A stretch of 63,432 nucleotides of DNA, the filler included, from Octopus bimaculoides (taxonomy: Eukaryota): NCBI RefSeq assembly GCF_001194135.2. It is 6 parts of 5 records of this genome, joined end to end, with 100 filler letters (N's around TTAATTAATTAA, not from the genome) between each part and the next. Parts side by side here need not be neighbours in the genome. Positions count along the whole stretch, not along the records: positions 32,612 to 58,382 come from NC_068994.1; 5 more parts are not named here. The stretch is one strand, 5' to 3'. Under the pieces are notes generated by a model that did no database searches, was not told the DNA's origin, and saw only the letters and a list, made by a program, of their open reading frames with translations. The first letter of the stretch is position 1, and every line of letters starts with the position of its first letter. The position numbers were made by a program, and so were the translations under genes. Below, one piece after another: positions 47,423 to 58,382 of the stretch.

Positions 47423-47877
47423 TGAGTGAGGGAGCAGTTCATGCCATTCAAATGACACTGGGGTAAAACATACAAAACCTAGTATACCCATCATGATAAG
47501 GATACATCAGGCACATGCATCACAACCATATGTGTGCCACGTAGTGATCTCATATCAAAATAAACAGCACATAACCTTGCAGATGGGGCCCAGTTAGAAT
47601 TTTCTTCAGATCAAGTAGCCCATCCTACTCAAAAGGTCCCTGAATAAGGCTTGTTTAAGAATGTTGAATAAAACACCCATGTTTCCAGAGATGAAATATT
47701 CAAACCCCAAAGAATTCCTCTCAACACATGGCTACAATGCTCCCCCACTACTTCTGCTCTTGATCAGAGATGCACATATCGTCAGCCACCAAGGGACATG
47801 CTCAACTGTTTAAGGTCAAGCAACTGACATGCAAATCTGTGGTATTGAGCAGAATATTTGCTGTAGCCTATCTTTTA
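47423..47877 (-). mobile_element. Unclassified retroelement 3' portion (family X) embedded in TAA repeats
   Basis: Shares its 3' end with 2461-2647; (TTA)n on both flanks. No recognisable ORF. Confidence 0.7.
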
Positions 47878-47969
<92 letters not shown>

Positions 47970-48315
47970 TAATATTATTTAGCCAGTTTAAAAAAGATAA
48001 TCGTTTACGTTCTTTTATCTTTTTCTTTCTATTAATTTTTCCCATGATGCCATTGTGCTATTTCTATACACAGCTATAATAATAATCAGCCATAATATAT
48101 AAGTTTCTGTTATCATTTTTCTATGTAAGCTGTTAGCTGAGTAAAAAGCAACAACAAAACGCATATATTGCCAAAACTTGCTAATGTCTTTTATTAAATA
48201 TGCAGTATATTGAACGATGGTTCGTTCATGTTGTTGTTGTTATTGTTGGTGGTGGTGGTGGTAGTTCTGGTGTTGTTGTTGTTGTTGTTGTTGCTGTTGA
48301 TGGTGTTGGTGCTAT

Positions 48316-48520
48316 TAAGGCTACAAACTGGCAGAATCAATACTACACTGGACACAATGCAATAGACCCGTTGCTCCCAGCTTTACATTCGGAGTTCAAA
48401 TATTACTGAGATCGGCTTTGCCTTTCACCCATTCAGGGGTCGATAAATTAAGTACCAGTTGAGCACTGGGGTTGATGTAAGTGACCAGTCCCCCAGCCCT
48501 TGTGCCTCTAATAGAAAAAT
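48316..48520 (+). mobile_element. SINE family A
   Basis: GGAGTTCAAAT...GGCTTTGCCTTTCACCCATTCAGGGGTCGATAAATTAAGTACC. Confidence 0.82.
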
Positions 48521-48526
48521 TATTAC

Positions 48527-48581
<55 letters not shown>

Positions 48582-48675
48582 GTTGTTGTTCAACATTTGG
48601 TAGTAAATTCTTCATTATTTTAAATATCAATTGAAACAAAAGTAGTGTATTTCCATAGATATATGGTTAACAATG

Positions 48676-49002
48676 TGAAGGTGCGTGGCTTAGTGGTTAT
48701 GGACATTTGGATCCTGATCATAAGGTCATGGGTTCAATTCCCAGCTGTGCATTGTGTCCTTGAGCAAGATATTTTATTTCACATTGCTCCAATCTATTCA
48801 GCTGGTAGAAGTGAGTTGCATTTGTAATTCAAAGAGCCAACCTTGTCACATCCTGTGTCATGCTGAATCTCTCAGAGAACTACATTAAGAGTACACATAT
48901 CTGTGGAGTACTCAGCCACTTGCACATTAATTTCATAAACAGGATGTTCCACTGATTGGCTCAACTGGAACCCTCGTCATTGTAAGCAATGGAGTACCAG
49001 TT
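48676..49002 (+). mobile_element. SINE family C, long-tail variant
   Basis: GTGCGTGGCTTAGTGGTT...GGGTTCAATTCCC...TCCTTGAGCAAG. Confidence 0.87.
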
Positions 49003-49014
49003 ATATGGTTAACA

Positions 49015-49190
49015 AAAGGGAAGTCGATTACAGTGATCCCAGTGTATAACTGGTACTTATTTAATTGACCCCTAAACCATAAAAGGTAAAGTCAAACTCG
49101 ACGGAATTTGAACTCAGAACTTAGCGACGGGCGAAGTGCTACGAAGCATTTCGTCCAGCGTGCTAACGATTCTGCCAGCTCACCGCCTTA
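49015..49190 (-). mobile_element. SINE family A
   Basis: ...GCTAACGATTCTGCCAGCTCACCGCCTT. Confidence 0.87.
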
Positions 49191-49802
49191 GTCTATTATA
49201 ATGTTATAATGTTATGGAGGTGTGATTTTAAAGAAAATTTAGCTGTTATTTCTTGCAGATCGAGTGATCATGTAATGGTTCCTTCATTGGTTCATGCTGA
49301 AATGTGCTTTTAATGTGTACTTTTTCAGTTTCACGTTGAAAATAGAAAGAAAAGACAGTGAGCACGTGTGTGTACATGTGTGTATATATGTGTATATATG
49401 AACATATCATGTGTTCAACTGTTTATAATCTGTCGTGTGCTCTAAGCTATTATTGTGTTCATATGGGTTTTATAGAATTTCAAATGGGAAAAAATAATGG
49501 TGGAGGGTGAAATAACAAGTGTATATATGTGTGTGTGTATATATATGTGTGTGTGTGTGGTTATATATTATTCATAGCATCACGATAGCTAAAAGCTGTT
49601 TTACTATGTTCAGAAAGAGTGTATAATATATGAAGGCATGTATGTATATAAAAGAGAATTTATACAAATGTGAACATATATGTATGTATATGGGTGCACA
49701 CACACACACACACACGCACATGTATACATATGACTGGGTGTATATTTATAATATATATATGTAAATGTGTGAGTATGTGTGTGTATATATATATATATAT
49801 AC

Positions 49803-49884
<82 letters not shown>

Positions 49885-50192
49885 NNNNNNNNNNNNNNNN
49901 NNNNNNNNNNNNNNNNNNNNNNNNNNNNNNNNNNNNNNNNNNNNNNNNNNNNNNNNNNNNNNNNNNNNNNNNNNNNNNNNNNNNNNNNNNNNNNNNNNNN
50001 NNNNNNNNNNNNNNNNNNNNNNNNNNNNNNNNNNNNNNNNNNNNNNNNNNAAAATGTAGTATGTGCGGGGGGGGGGGCGTATTATCTGCGTGGGTGTTTG
50101 TGTGTCTGTGTACATGTATGTGTGTGTGTGGGGGGGGGAGTTAGGAAGGATATTACAGTGTCATGATTGCTATTAGCTGTCTTATTGTGTTC

Positions 50193-50244
<52 letters not shown>

Positions 50245-50617
50245 GGAGAAGTGAGAGAGGTGGGAGATGAGAGAAATACGGAAAGGTGGTGGTGGTGGTG
50301 GAGTGACATGAGAGAGAGAGGGAGATAGAGATGGGGGAGAGTCGGAGAGAAGGGGAGGTAGCAGATACAAAAAGTGAGGGCGAAAGAAACTGAAGTGAAA
50401 TTGAGCGTGTACATGGGAAGCATCTTTGCGTATGTTGACATGATTATCATTTGCACATATGTAAGCACAAGTATGCATGTGTGTGTCCCCATAAGCATAT
50501 ATGCAGATGCACCTGTGTGAGTATATATAACTACACACACACACATATATATAAGTAGACATATGAACATATTTTATATATGTATATGTAAGTGTACAAA
50601 TGTGTATATTCTTTTAT

Positions 50618-51003
50618 TATTTTATTCTTTTATTTGTTTCAGTCATTTGACTGCGGCCATGCTGGAGCACCACCTTTAGTTGAACAAATCGACCCCAGGA
50701 CTTATTCTATCAGTCCCTTTTGCCAAACTGCTAGGTTACAGGGACGTAAACACACCAGCATTGGTTGTCAAGTGACGGTGGGGGCAGGGGACAAACACAG
50801 ATACACACAAACATAGACACATACACACACATATATATATAAATATACGATGGGTTTCTTTCGATCTACCAAATCCACTCACAAGGCTTTGCTCAGCCCA
50901 AGGCTATAGTAGAAGACACTTGCCCAAGGTGCCACACAGTGGGACTGAATCTAGAACCGTGTGGTTGGTAAGCAAGCTACTTACCACTCAGCCACTCTTG
51001 TGC
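50618..51003 (-). mobile_element. SINE family B, full length
   Basis: Both halves on the minus strand. Confidence 0.9.
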
Positions 51004-51519
51004 CTATATATATATATATTGTGTATATCTATATACACTGTATTTATGCATGTATATATATGTGTGTATGGGTGTACGTATGTGCATACATATATGGGTG
51101 CACATCATGTACCTATGTGCATGTGACTCTGTATGTATGTATATAGTGTGTGAGTGTGTGTCTGTATGTTTGTACATATGTGTATACATATATGCATACG
51201 TGTGTGTGTGTATGTGTTTGTGTGCATATGTATACGTGTGTGTGTAAGCACACACACACGTATACATATGCACACAAACACATGAACGTTTATATTGATT
51301 CATAATTCATAATATATACGCACGCACACACACACACACACATGCCCACAAATACACACTTGTATATGTCTCGGCATCTGTTTGAGCACATACGCGCACA
51401 CAGCAGACATATGTGTTTATGTGCAGGCGTGTGTGTGTGTTTATATGTGTGTGCATGTACGGGCGTGCGCATGTGTGTGCGTGTTTGTCTCTCGTAATGT
51501 ATGTTTTGTTCGTTAATAA

Positions 51520-51810
51520 ATGCTTCTTCCCACTTCCGCTATTTTTATTGGCCTCAACAAAGAAAAACCTAAATAATTTAATCATTGAAACTGTTTGCCT
51601 CCCTCCAGAGACAACCAACATCCTTCCACGACACATTGTTGAATTCGCCGACCACTGACTGGTTACCACGGCGGCAGCGGTGGCGGAAGCGTCAAACACT
51701 CACCACCTCACAATAAACATTATTGATGATGACTCCGTTTATACGCGGGCGGCTCCGTGTTCCGTCATCGATTCCACCGCCCCCTTGGGAGACAAGCAAT
51801 ACATATTAAG
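51520..51810. promoter_or_regulatory. CpG-rich unique block with promoter-like motifs
   Basis: ACTTCCG 51532-51538, ATTGG 51547-51551, CGGAAG 51684-51689, GC boxes 51747-51752 and 51777-51784. Confidence 0.35.
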
Positions 51811-52771
51811 TTTGTTAGAGACAGTGAGACGAGAGGGATGGGGAGAGAGAGAGAGAGAGAGAGAGACAGTGAGGGAGAGAGATCAATGAGATGTGGGTAG
51901 AGGATAGAGAGTAGTAACAAGAGATAGCAAGAAACAAAGGTACTTGTACACACACACACACACACACATATATATGTATGTATATATGTACATGTATATA
52001 TATANNNNNNNNNNNNNNNNNNNNNNNNNNNNNNNNNNNNNNNNNNNNNNNNNNNNNNNNNNNNNNNNNNNNNNNNNNNNNNNNNNNNNNNNNNNNNNNN
52101 NNNNNNNNNNNNNNNNNNNNNNNNNNNNNNNNNNNNNNNNNNNNNNNNNNNNNNNNNNNNNNNNNNNNNNNNNNNNNNNNNNNNNNNNNNNNNNNNNNNN
52201 NNNNNNNNNNNNNNNNNNNNNNNNNNNNNNNNNNNNNNNNNNNNNNNNNNNNNNNNNNNNNNNNNNNNNNNNNNNNNNNNNNNNNNNNNNNNNNNNNNNN
52301 NNNNNNNNNNNNNNNNNNNNNNNNNNNNNNNNNNNNNNNNNNNNNNNNNNNNNNNNNNNNNNNNNNNNNNNNNNNNNNNNNNNNNNNNNNNNNNNNNNNN
52401 NNNNNNNNNNNNNNNNNNNNNNNNNNNNNNNNNNNNNNNNNNNNNNNNNNNNNNNNNNNNNNNNNNNNNNNNNNNNNNNNNNNNNNNNNNNNNNNNNNNN
52501 NNNNNNNNNNNNNNNNNNNNNNNNNNNNNNNNNNNNNNNNNNNNNNNNNNNNNNNNNNNNNNNNNNNNNNNNNNNNNNNNNNNNNNNNNNNNNNNNNNNN
52601 NNNNNNNNNNNNNNNNNNNNNNNNNNNNNNNNNNNNNNNNNNNNNNNNNNNNNNNNNNNNNNNNNNNNNNNNNNNNNNNNNNNNNNNNNNNNNNNNNNNN
52701 NNNNNNNNNNNNNNNNNNNNNNNNNNNNNNNNNNNNNNNNNNNNNNNNNNNNNNNNNNNNNNNNNNNNNNN

Positions 52772-52804
<33 letters not shown>

Positions 52805-53590
52805 ATTATTATTATCATTATTAGTATTATTATTATTATTATTATTTGAGGCAAGAAGAGAGAGAGAGAAAGATAGAGAGACACACAGATGAAGCAAAGA
52901 GAGAGCGAGAAAGAAAGAGAACATTAGGCATAAGGAAGAAAGAGACAGATGAGACAGAGAGAGAAAGAGAGAGAGAGAGAGAGAGGGGAGAGAGAGAATA
53001 TTGGTTGGAGGTGGTGGCAAAACATTCCTTTGAGAATGGAATAAATTCCATCATTTCTCCCTGCCATTTCCTCCTTGGCACCATAGTTAATATTTAGGAA
53101 TGAAGAATTTATGATATATTAACATTGTACAGTCTTGACACTATGACTTTGTTGAGATGGAAAATCAGCTCTTTTGTCCATCCATGATGAGTCTCTGCAA
53201 TGTGGTTTCAATTTGAAATTGCATCTACATCATTGACATATTGTGTATATGCATGATATACATGTCTTTATATGTTATACATTAATATATATATATATAT
53301 ATATAAAATTAATTTACAAAGGTACCGTTAATTCTATTATTATCCAATGTCACTAGTTTAAGAATGATAATAACAGAATCAACGGTGCAGGCGACTGCAG
53401 GCCAAAAAATAGCATTTAAATAGCTGAGGGATTATAGTTAATCAAAGGACATACTAAGTATGTCTACCTGCTTGAAATAACAGTCAAATCTCTTTATTAA
53501 ATCGCCAAAAATACACTGTTGATTACTACAGAAATCAAACGAAGGCAAATTTGGTTAAAACAATCTACTTACATACATTTAATATTTGGA

Positions 53591-53650
53591 TTTACGTGGA
53601 CTAGTTTCTGCATTGGCATAAAATGCCTTAGCTTCTTCAGCACGCATCAC
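53591..53650 (-). ncRNA. Hammerhead ribozyme-like motif (probable Penelope pLTR remnant)
   Basis: UGCGUG-CUGAAGA-A-GC..GGCAU(UUU)AUGCC..GC-A-GAAAC-UA-GUC-CACGUA. 6-bp helix I, palindromic ACUAGU helix III, GUC site, imperfect base of helix II. Confidence 0.55.
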
Positions 53651-54409
53651 CACCAAACACTGAACAAGAATGCAACAGGCAACAATAAAACATCTGGACA
53701 GATAAACAATAGAAAGACAGACAGGAAAAAGCATGGACACTTGCAGTCTTCTCTCATCAGTCAAGTTTCCAAATCATCCTTACAGTTTTGGCCGAGACTG
53801 TTCAAATCTGGCTGGCCCCAAAAATCTAAGCTAAGAGCATTAAATTTTGAGGGAGAAAGCAAGAATGTGTACCACAACAATTCTAGATTCCAGTTAAATT
53901 TACTGCTTTACTTCTTGCCACATGACCATGCCTGCACATTCTCTTTTTTTTTCTGTTGTCTTTGCCAAGATTTTGAAGAAGATTTGGCTGCTAATTCCAG
54001 CAGGTTGAGTGCTAGAATAGAATCTATCTCATTGCCCTCCACCACCATCATCACCTCAGTCATTATCAGGAATGGTGGTGGAGAGGAAAAAGAAGGGAAG
54101 AGAAGGAACGGGGGAGGGAAAAGCAGGAGGTGGAGGAGAAAGTATGCCAGGGGCTTCCAAACTAACTTAGCACAATTGTTTCATACTAATCTATCAAATG
54201 TGTTATCTTTGTGGCTGACAATTCTAGATTCCAGTTAGATTTACTTCTGTCACACCACATTGTTTATGACCCTCTTTGGTACTTCACCTGACGCTGATAA
54301 GAACATAGGTGGGTTGGTGGGGGGAGTTTTGCTAATCCACTTTACAACAATCTACCTGGGTCCACCTGGGTCCATAAAGTGAATGCAGAATTTTTTTTTT
54401 TTGATACTT

Positions 54410-54810
54410 ATTCTATTGATCTCATTTGCTGAGCTGTTAAGTTACAGGAATGTAAACAAACCAACTACAGTTGTCAAGTAGTGGTGAGGTTCAAACATAT
54501 ACAAAGACACACACATACATACACACACACACACATGCATAAACACACATACATACATACAAACATGACACCACCAGATTGAATGGTACTGCCCAGGTGT
54601 CAAAACCATAATGATATCCATGGAGCAGCTGATGATGGAGATATATTGGATTGTTGGTATGGCTGTTCTTGTATATGTGGAATAGTATTATAACATCCTT
54701 TTGATATGTGTGTGTGTGTGTGGCAGTTTTCTTTCAGTTTTCATGTATCAAATCCACTCACAAGGCTTTGGTTGGCCCGAGGCCAAAGTAGAAAACTCTT
54801 GCCCAGAGGA
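54410..54810 (-). mobile_element. SINE family B, degraded, with intervening sequence
   Basis: 3' half remnant at 54410-54550; 5' half TTTCAGTTTT...AATCCACTCACAAGGCTTTGG at 54730-54810. Confidence 0.65.
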
Positions 54811-55521
54811 GTCAAAAAGAGTTTCACATTGGTTGGTATTGAAAGGGACCCAAGCGCTTGTTGGGCAGGGGTGGACTAAGAGTATTAAGGGCCCTCAGAC
54901 ATAACTGTTTACACATCCACAGATAAGACTATTGAAAAGATTGCAAAACGCAACGAAAATTTTAGGAAAATAAAAATAAGAAATAAGTAGAAATTTTACC
55001 GGTGAGTGTGTTAAATTATAAGGCACAAAAAGAAAATGACTCTCCCCAGACACAACAGAATATGCTTCAACACACGAACTCACATAAAGAATCTTGCAAA
55101 CCAAATCCAAAAACGAAATATACATATGTATATATATTTATGTATGTATGTAGATATATATAGTCACATGTAAATTTGTGTATATATACATATGATGGTG
55201 ATGATGATAAATTCACATGTGTAAGCATGCATATGCGTCTGTGCGAAAACATACACACATACATGTATCTATTCATATGTGTGCATGTATACATATATAT
55301 ACACACACACACATACATACATTCAGGCACACACACAATCACTTCCATTATTAGTTAAGAATACAGTTTACAATTACACAACTCCACTGAATGGCCTGCA
55401 ATGGTTTCCCCGTATTCTTCTGCTCTTCCGGTTGCCAGCTGTTCATTCACTCATTAAGCACCCACTGTACAGCTATTACAACCCATTGTACACCCCTTTT
55501 ACACCCATTGTATACCCCTTG

Positions 55522-55780
55522 TGAACGCACATGACCTAGAGTTTAGGATTCGCGATTGCACTCACGATTGCAAGCACGTAGTTTCAAACCCAGAACTGGG
55601 CGGTGTGTTCTGTTCTTATACAAAACATTTGTTCCACGTTGTCTTGCAGTCACTTCGACATCTGACATGTAGCACACTGTGCACCTGTACAGGTAACATT
55701 CATTTGACGGAGAGAGTGAGTTAATGTACAGCCCCTACATTTGATCACTATAAACAAATCATTTGTGCAGGTTGACCAGC
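55522..55780 (+). mobile_element. SINE family C variant, degraded
   Basis: GCACATGACCTAGAGTTTAGG...GTTTCAAACCC...TGTTCTTATACAAAACATTT. Confidence 0.65.
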
Positions 55781-56059
55781 AAGTAACTGCGCCACCCTCA
55801 TCTGACATCTACAACATTTGAGCTCATGATACCCATTGTATAATACCCATTGCATGATAACCCCTTGCATACTCAATACAGACCCATTGTTCATCCATTT
55901 ATTTCTGTTTATATTGGTCTTCGTCCTTTCATTTATGCTACTATGGTTTCCTAAAGTAAAACCCAAGACATTTGGTGTTATAGTGATATCGGGATTACCA
56001 TTTTATAGTGGTAATGTCGAATGAATGACACACTATAATTTAGTCAGTATGAGAGAAAG

Positions 56060-56410
56060 AGGGGTCGCCATCTTGTTCATAACAACAAAAGAAAAATTCA
56101 TGAGACACTTGTAATGAGTAATGACATTTATTGCTAGAAATAATGCGTTAACATATAAGATTAATTGAAGGAAAGCTTGTAACATTACATGAATATATCC
56201 TGTTGGCAAACCACATGTCTCAAGTAAGTGAGACGAATGTGTGCACGAGCGGGTTGTGAATTTAGAAATTCCTTCTGTTATATAAGGGATGAACCGGAAG
56301 TCCCAGACTTTTACATAAATCGGAAGTTTCCCAAAAGCTCTCAAATATTCTAGAAGCTTGGGGGAGATTACTCTCGTTAAATCCCTTTTCTGTTTTACTT
56401 CCTGCTTGAC
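56060..56410. promoter_or_regulatory. Candidate promoter / 5' exon region of the downstream gene
   Basis: YY1-type CGCCATCTT 56066-56074; donor-like CAA|GTAAGT 56224-56229; ETS-type ACCGGAAGT 56293-56301, CGGAAGT 56321-56327, ACTTCCTG 56397-56404. Confidence 0.45.
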
Positions 56411-56719
56411 TACCAGGGTTCACTGCAATGTGTTTCACAATTAAGCCAGGGTCCTTAATTGAAGAGAGAAACACATTTTATTCTAAAGGACTGGTGAAAA
56501 TGCCTACAAATATTATTTGTCTGTGTACATGAACGCATGCATACAAGTGAAATGAAAGAAGACAACAAATTAAAATAAAGTTAGAATTTGTATTTGAAGC
56601 AAATTAAATTATGTAAATGTTATCAATAGACATAGTTAATTTATGTGCATTAGTAAATGGTGTGAAGCTGCAATACTTCAGCCAGGGAAGAGCCCTTTCG
56701 TGTGTGTGTGTGTGTGTGT

Positions 56720-56950
56720 GTGTAAAATGTAAAATGCTTATTGATTCACATTGTTTTGAATTAATCATCTGTCCAACCCATGCCAGCATAGAAAATGGAC
56801 GTTAAACATGATGATGATGATGCATTATTTCATAGCTTTGAGGTTTCATTGATATAATTGTTTATTCTTAGAATGACATTATAGGCTAGGTGTGAGAGGC
56901 CAGATCTGGTCAGTTTGAATATAAAATAGGTTGAATATTTGGGCCCAGAT
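56720..56950 (-). mobile_element. MITE-like repeat (family of 8148-8285) with nested SINE-D tail at about 56769-56822
   Basis: Homology to 8148-8285; insert CTGTCCAACCCATGCCAGCATAGAAAATGGACGTTAAACATGATGATGATG. Confidence 0.7.
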
Positions 56951-57074
56951 GTTTTTTTTTTTTTGTTTTTGTTGTTTATCCATTAATTAAATAATTAATT
57001 GTTTATTTGTTTGTGCTTAGTTGTAATTTTTATTCTTATTTTCTTTTCCTTTTTCTTTTTTCGTTGCAGTTACC

Positions 57075-57917
57075 ATGTCGGAGAAGAAGAAAAAACGGCC
57101 TCCCTTAACAAGAGCTGCCACAGAAGTGAACGAAAACACCCTGAAAGCACTGAACCAAATCCGCCATCCTTCACTCTACAAAAAGAACCATGCTAAATCC
57201 TCGGCCGGGGCTGATTTCAACATGACATCAGGCATGCGAAGGATCGAAAGGGCTCGTAGTAATGTTAAAGATCTCCCAAAACCAATGCCAGCCATAGACC
57301 CGTATATGGACATACCTGGCTGTAAGCTGTCCCGACATCGTTCCTGTCCACATTTACTTGATGAAGACGATGATGATGATGAACACACCCCTGTTTCTAG
57401 TGATGTCGATGATTTCTGCGGCTCTTACGGTGGGAGTACTATGACAGAGCACCAGGATTATCAGTGGCATCCTATAAAGGTGACAGCGGCAAGTAGAGGT
57501 GACAGGAGCGACACAACCAACCACACTGACTACTTTAGCTCAAACGCAAAAGTAATGGACAGTTACAATGATTGGTCTCAGAATGAATGTGATGGCCATC
57601 GAGAGGGAAAGAAACAGTTCAGAGATCCACCATTTTCTGCCAAAATCCATTCGTCGTCTTCGTTAATGTCTCCAACGGAAGCCATGTTTCGTTTTGACCG
57701 GATCTCAACAAGTGTCTCGGACAACTTCTCCGACATTGAAGAACCAAATTCGGAACTGATTCTAGAAGACAGAGTAAGTGATTCTGAGGATCAAGACTAT
57801 CCTCTTCATTCTGGACGTGAGGGTGATGCCAAATGTAACCAATGGTTACAAGGCTTGCAATTGTCACAGACAGATCGACTCAAATCTAGGAGTCACCTTA
57901 GACTGCCGCCAGTATAA
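57075..57917 (+). CDS. Uncharacterised 280-aa Ser/Asp-rich protein (single or terminal coding exon; exon starts at 57070)
   Basis: Only long, non-repetitive, higher-GC ORF in the window. Preceded by a long pyrimidine tract and TTGCAG acceptor (AG 57068-57069); ACCATG context; stop TAA 57915-57917. The N-terminus could extend via a phase-1 intron. Confidence 0.88.
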   Translation: MSEKKKKRPPLTRAATEVNENTLKALNQIRHPSLYKKNHAKSSAGADFNMTSGMRRIERARSNVKDLPKPMPAIDPYMDIPGCKLSRHRSCPHLLDEDDDDDEHTPVSSDVDDFCGSYGGSTMTEHQDYQWHPIKVTAASRGDRSDTTNHTDYFSSNAKVMDSYNDWSQNECDGHREGKKQFRDPPFSAKIHSSSSLMSPTEAMFRFDRISTSVSDNFSDIEEPNSELILEDRVSDSEDQDYPLHSGREGDAKCNQWLQGLQLSQTDRLKSRSHLRLPPV

Positions 57918-58133
57918 TGACCGTTTTGTTTTGGTTTTGTTTCTGTTTTTTTCTTCTTTTTTTTTAATCAGTAAACCTTTGTTGCTCTTTCTCTTGGTTT
58001 TTTTCCATTCTTTCCATCAGATTCTACTGCTGTGTGCTGTACAGTTAAAATTGGATTTTAAAATTAAATACATTTAATCTCTTTAACTTATTTTGTTTCT
58101 TTCCATTTTTAAACTTAGTCTTGTTATTGTTAC

Positions 58134-58173
<40 letters not shown>

Positions 58174-58189
58174 TTTATCATTGTCTTTG

Positions 58190-58224
<35 letters not shown>

Positions 58225-58282
58225 TTTATCATTGTCTTTGTCATCATCATCATCATCATCATCATCTTTATCATTGTCTTTG

Positions 58283-58332
<50 letters not shown>

Positions 58333-58382
58333 TTTATCATTGTCTTTGTCATCATCATCATCATCATCATCATCTTTATCAT
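58134..58382 (+). repeat. Higher-order (CAT)n minisatellite
   Basis: (CAT)8-16 blocks separated by CTTTATCATTGTCTTTGT at 58173, 58224, 58266, 58332 and (partial) 58374. Confidence 0.95.

Noticed and set aside
53519-54238. 239-aa ORF
   Set aside because: Starts at TTG, spans a purine-rich tract and repeat fragments, has no motif or splice support, and overlaps the antisense hammerhead-like motif.
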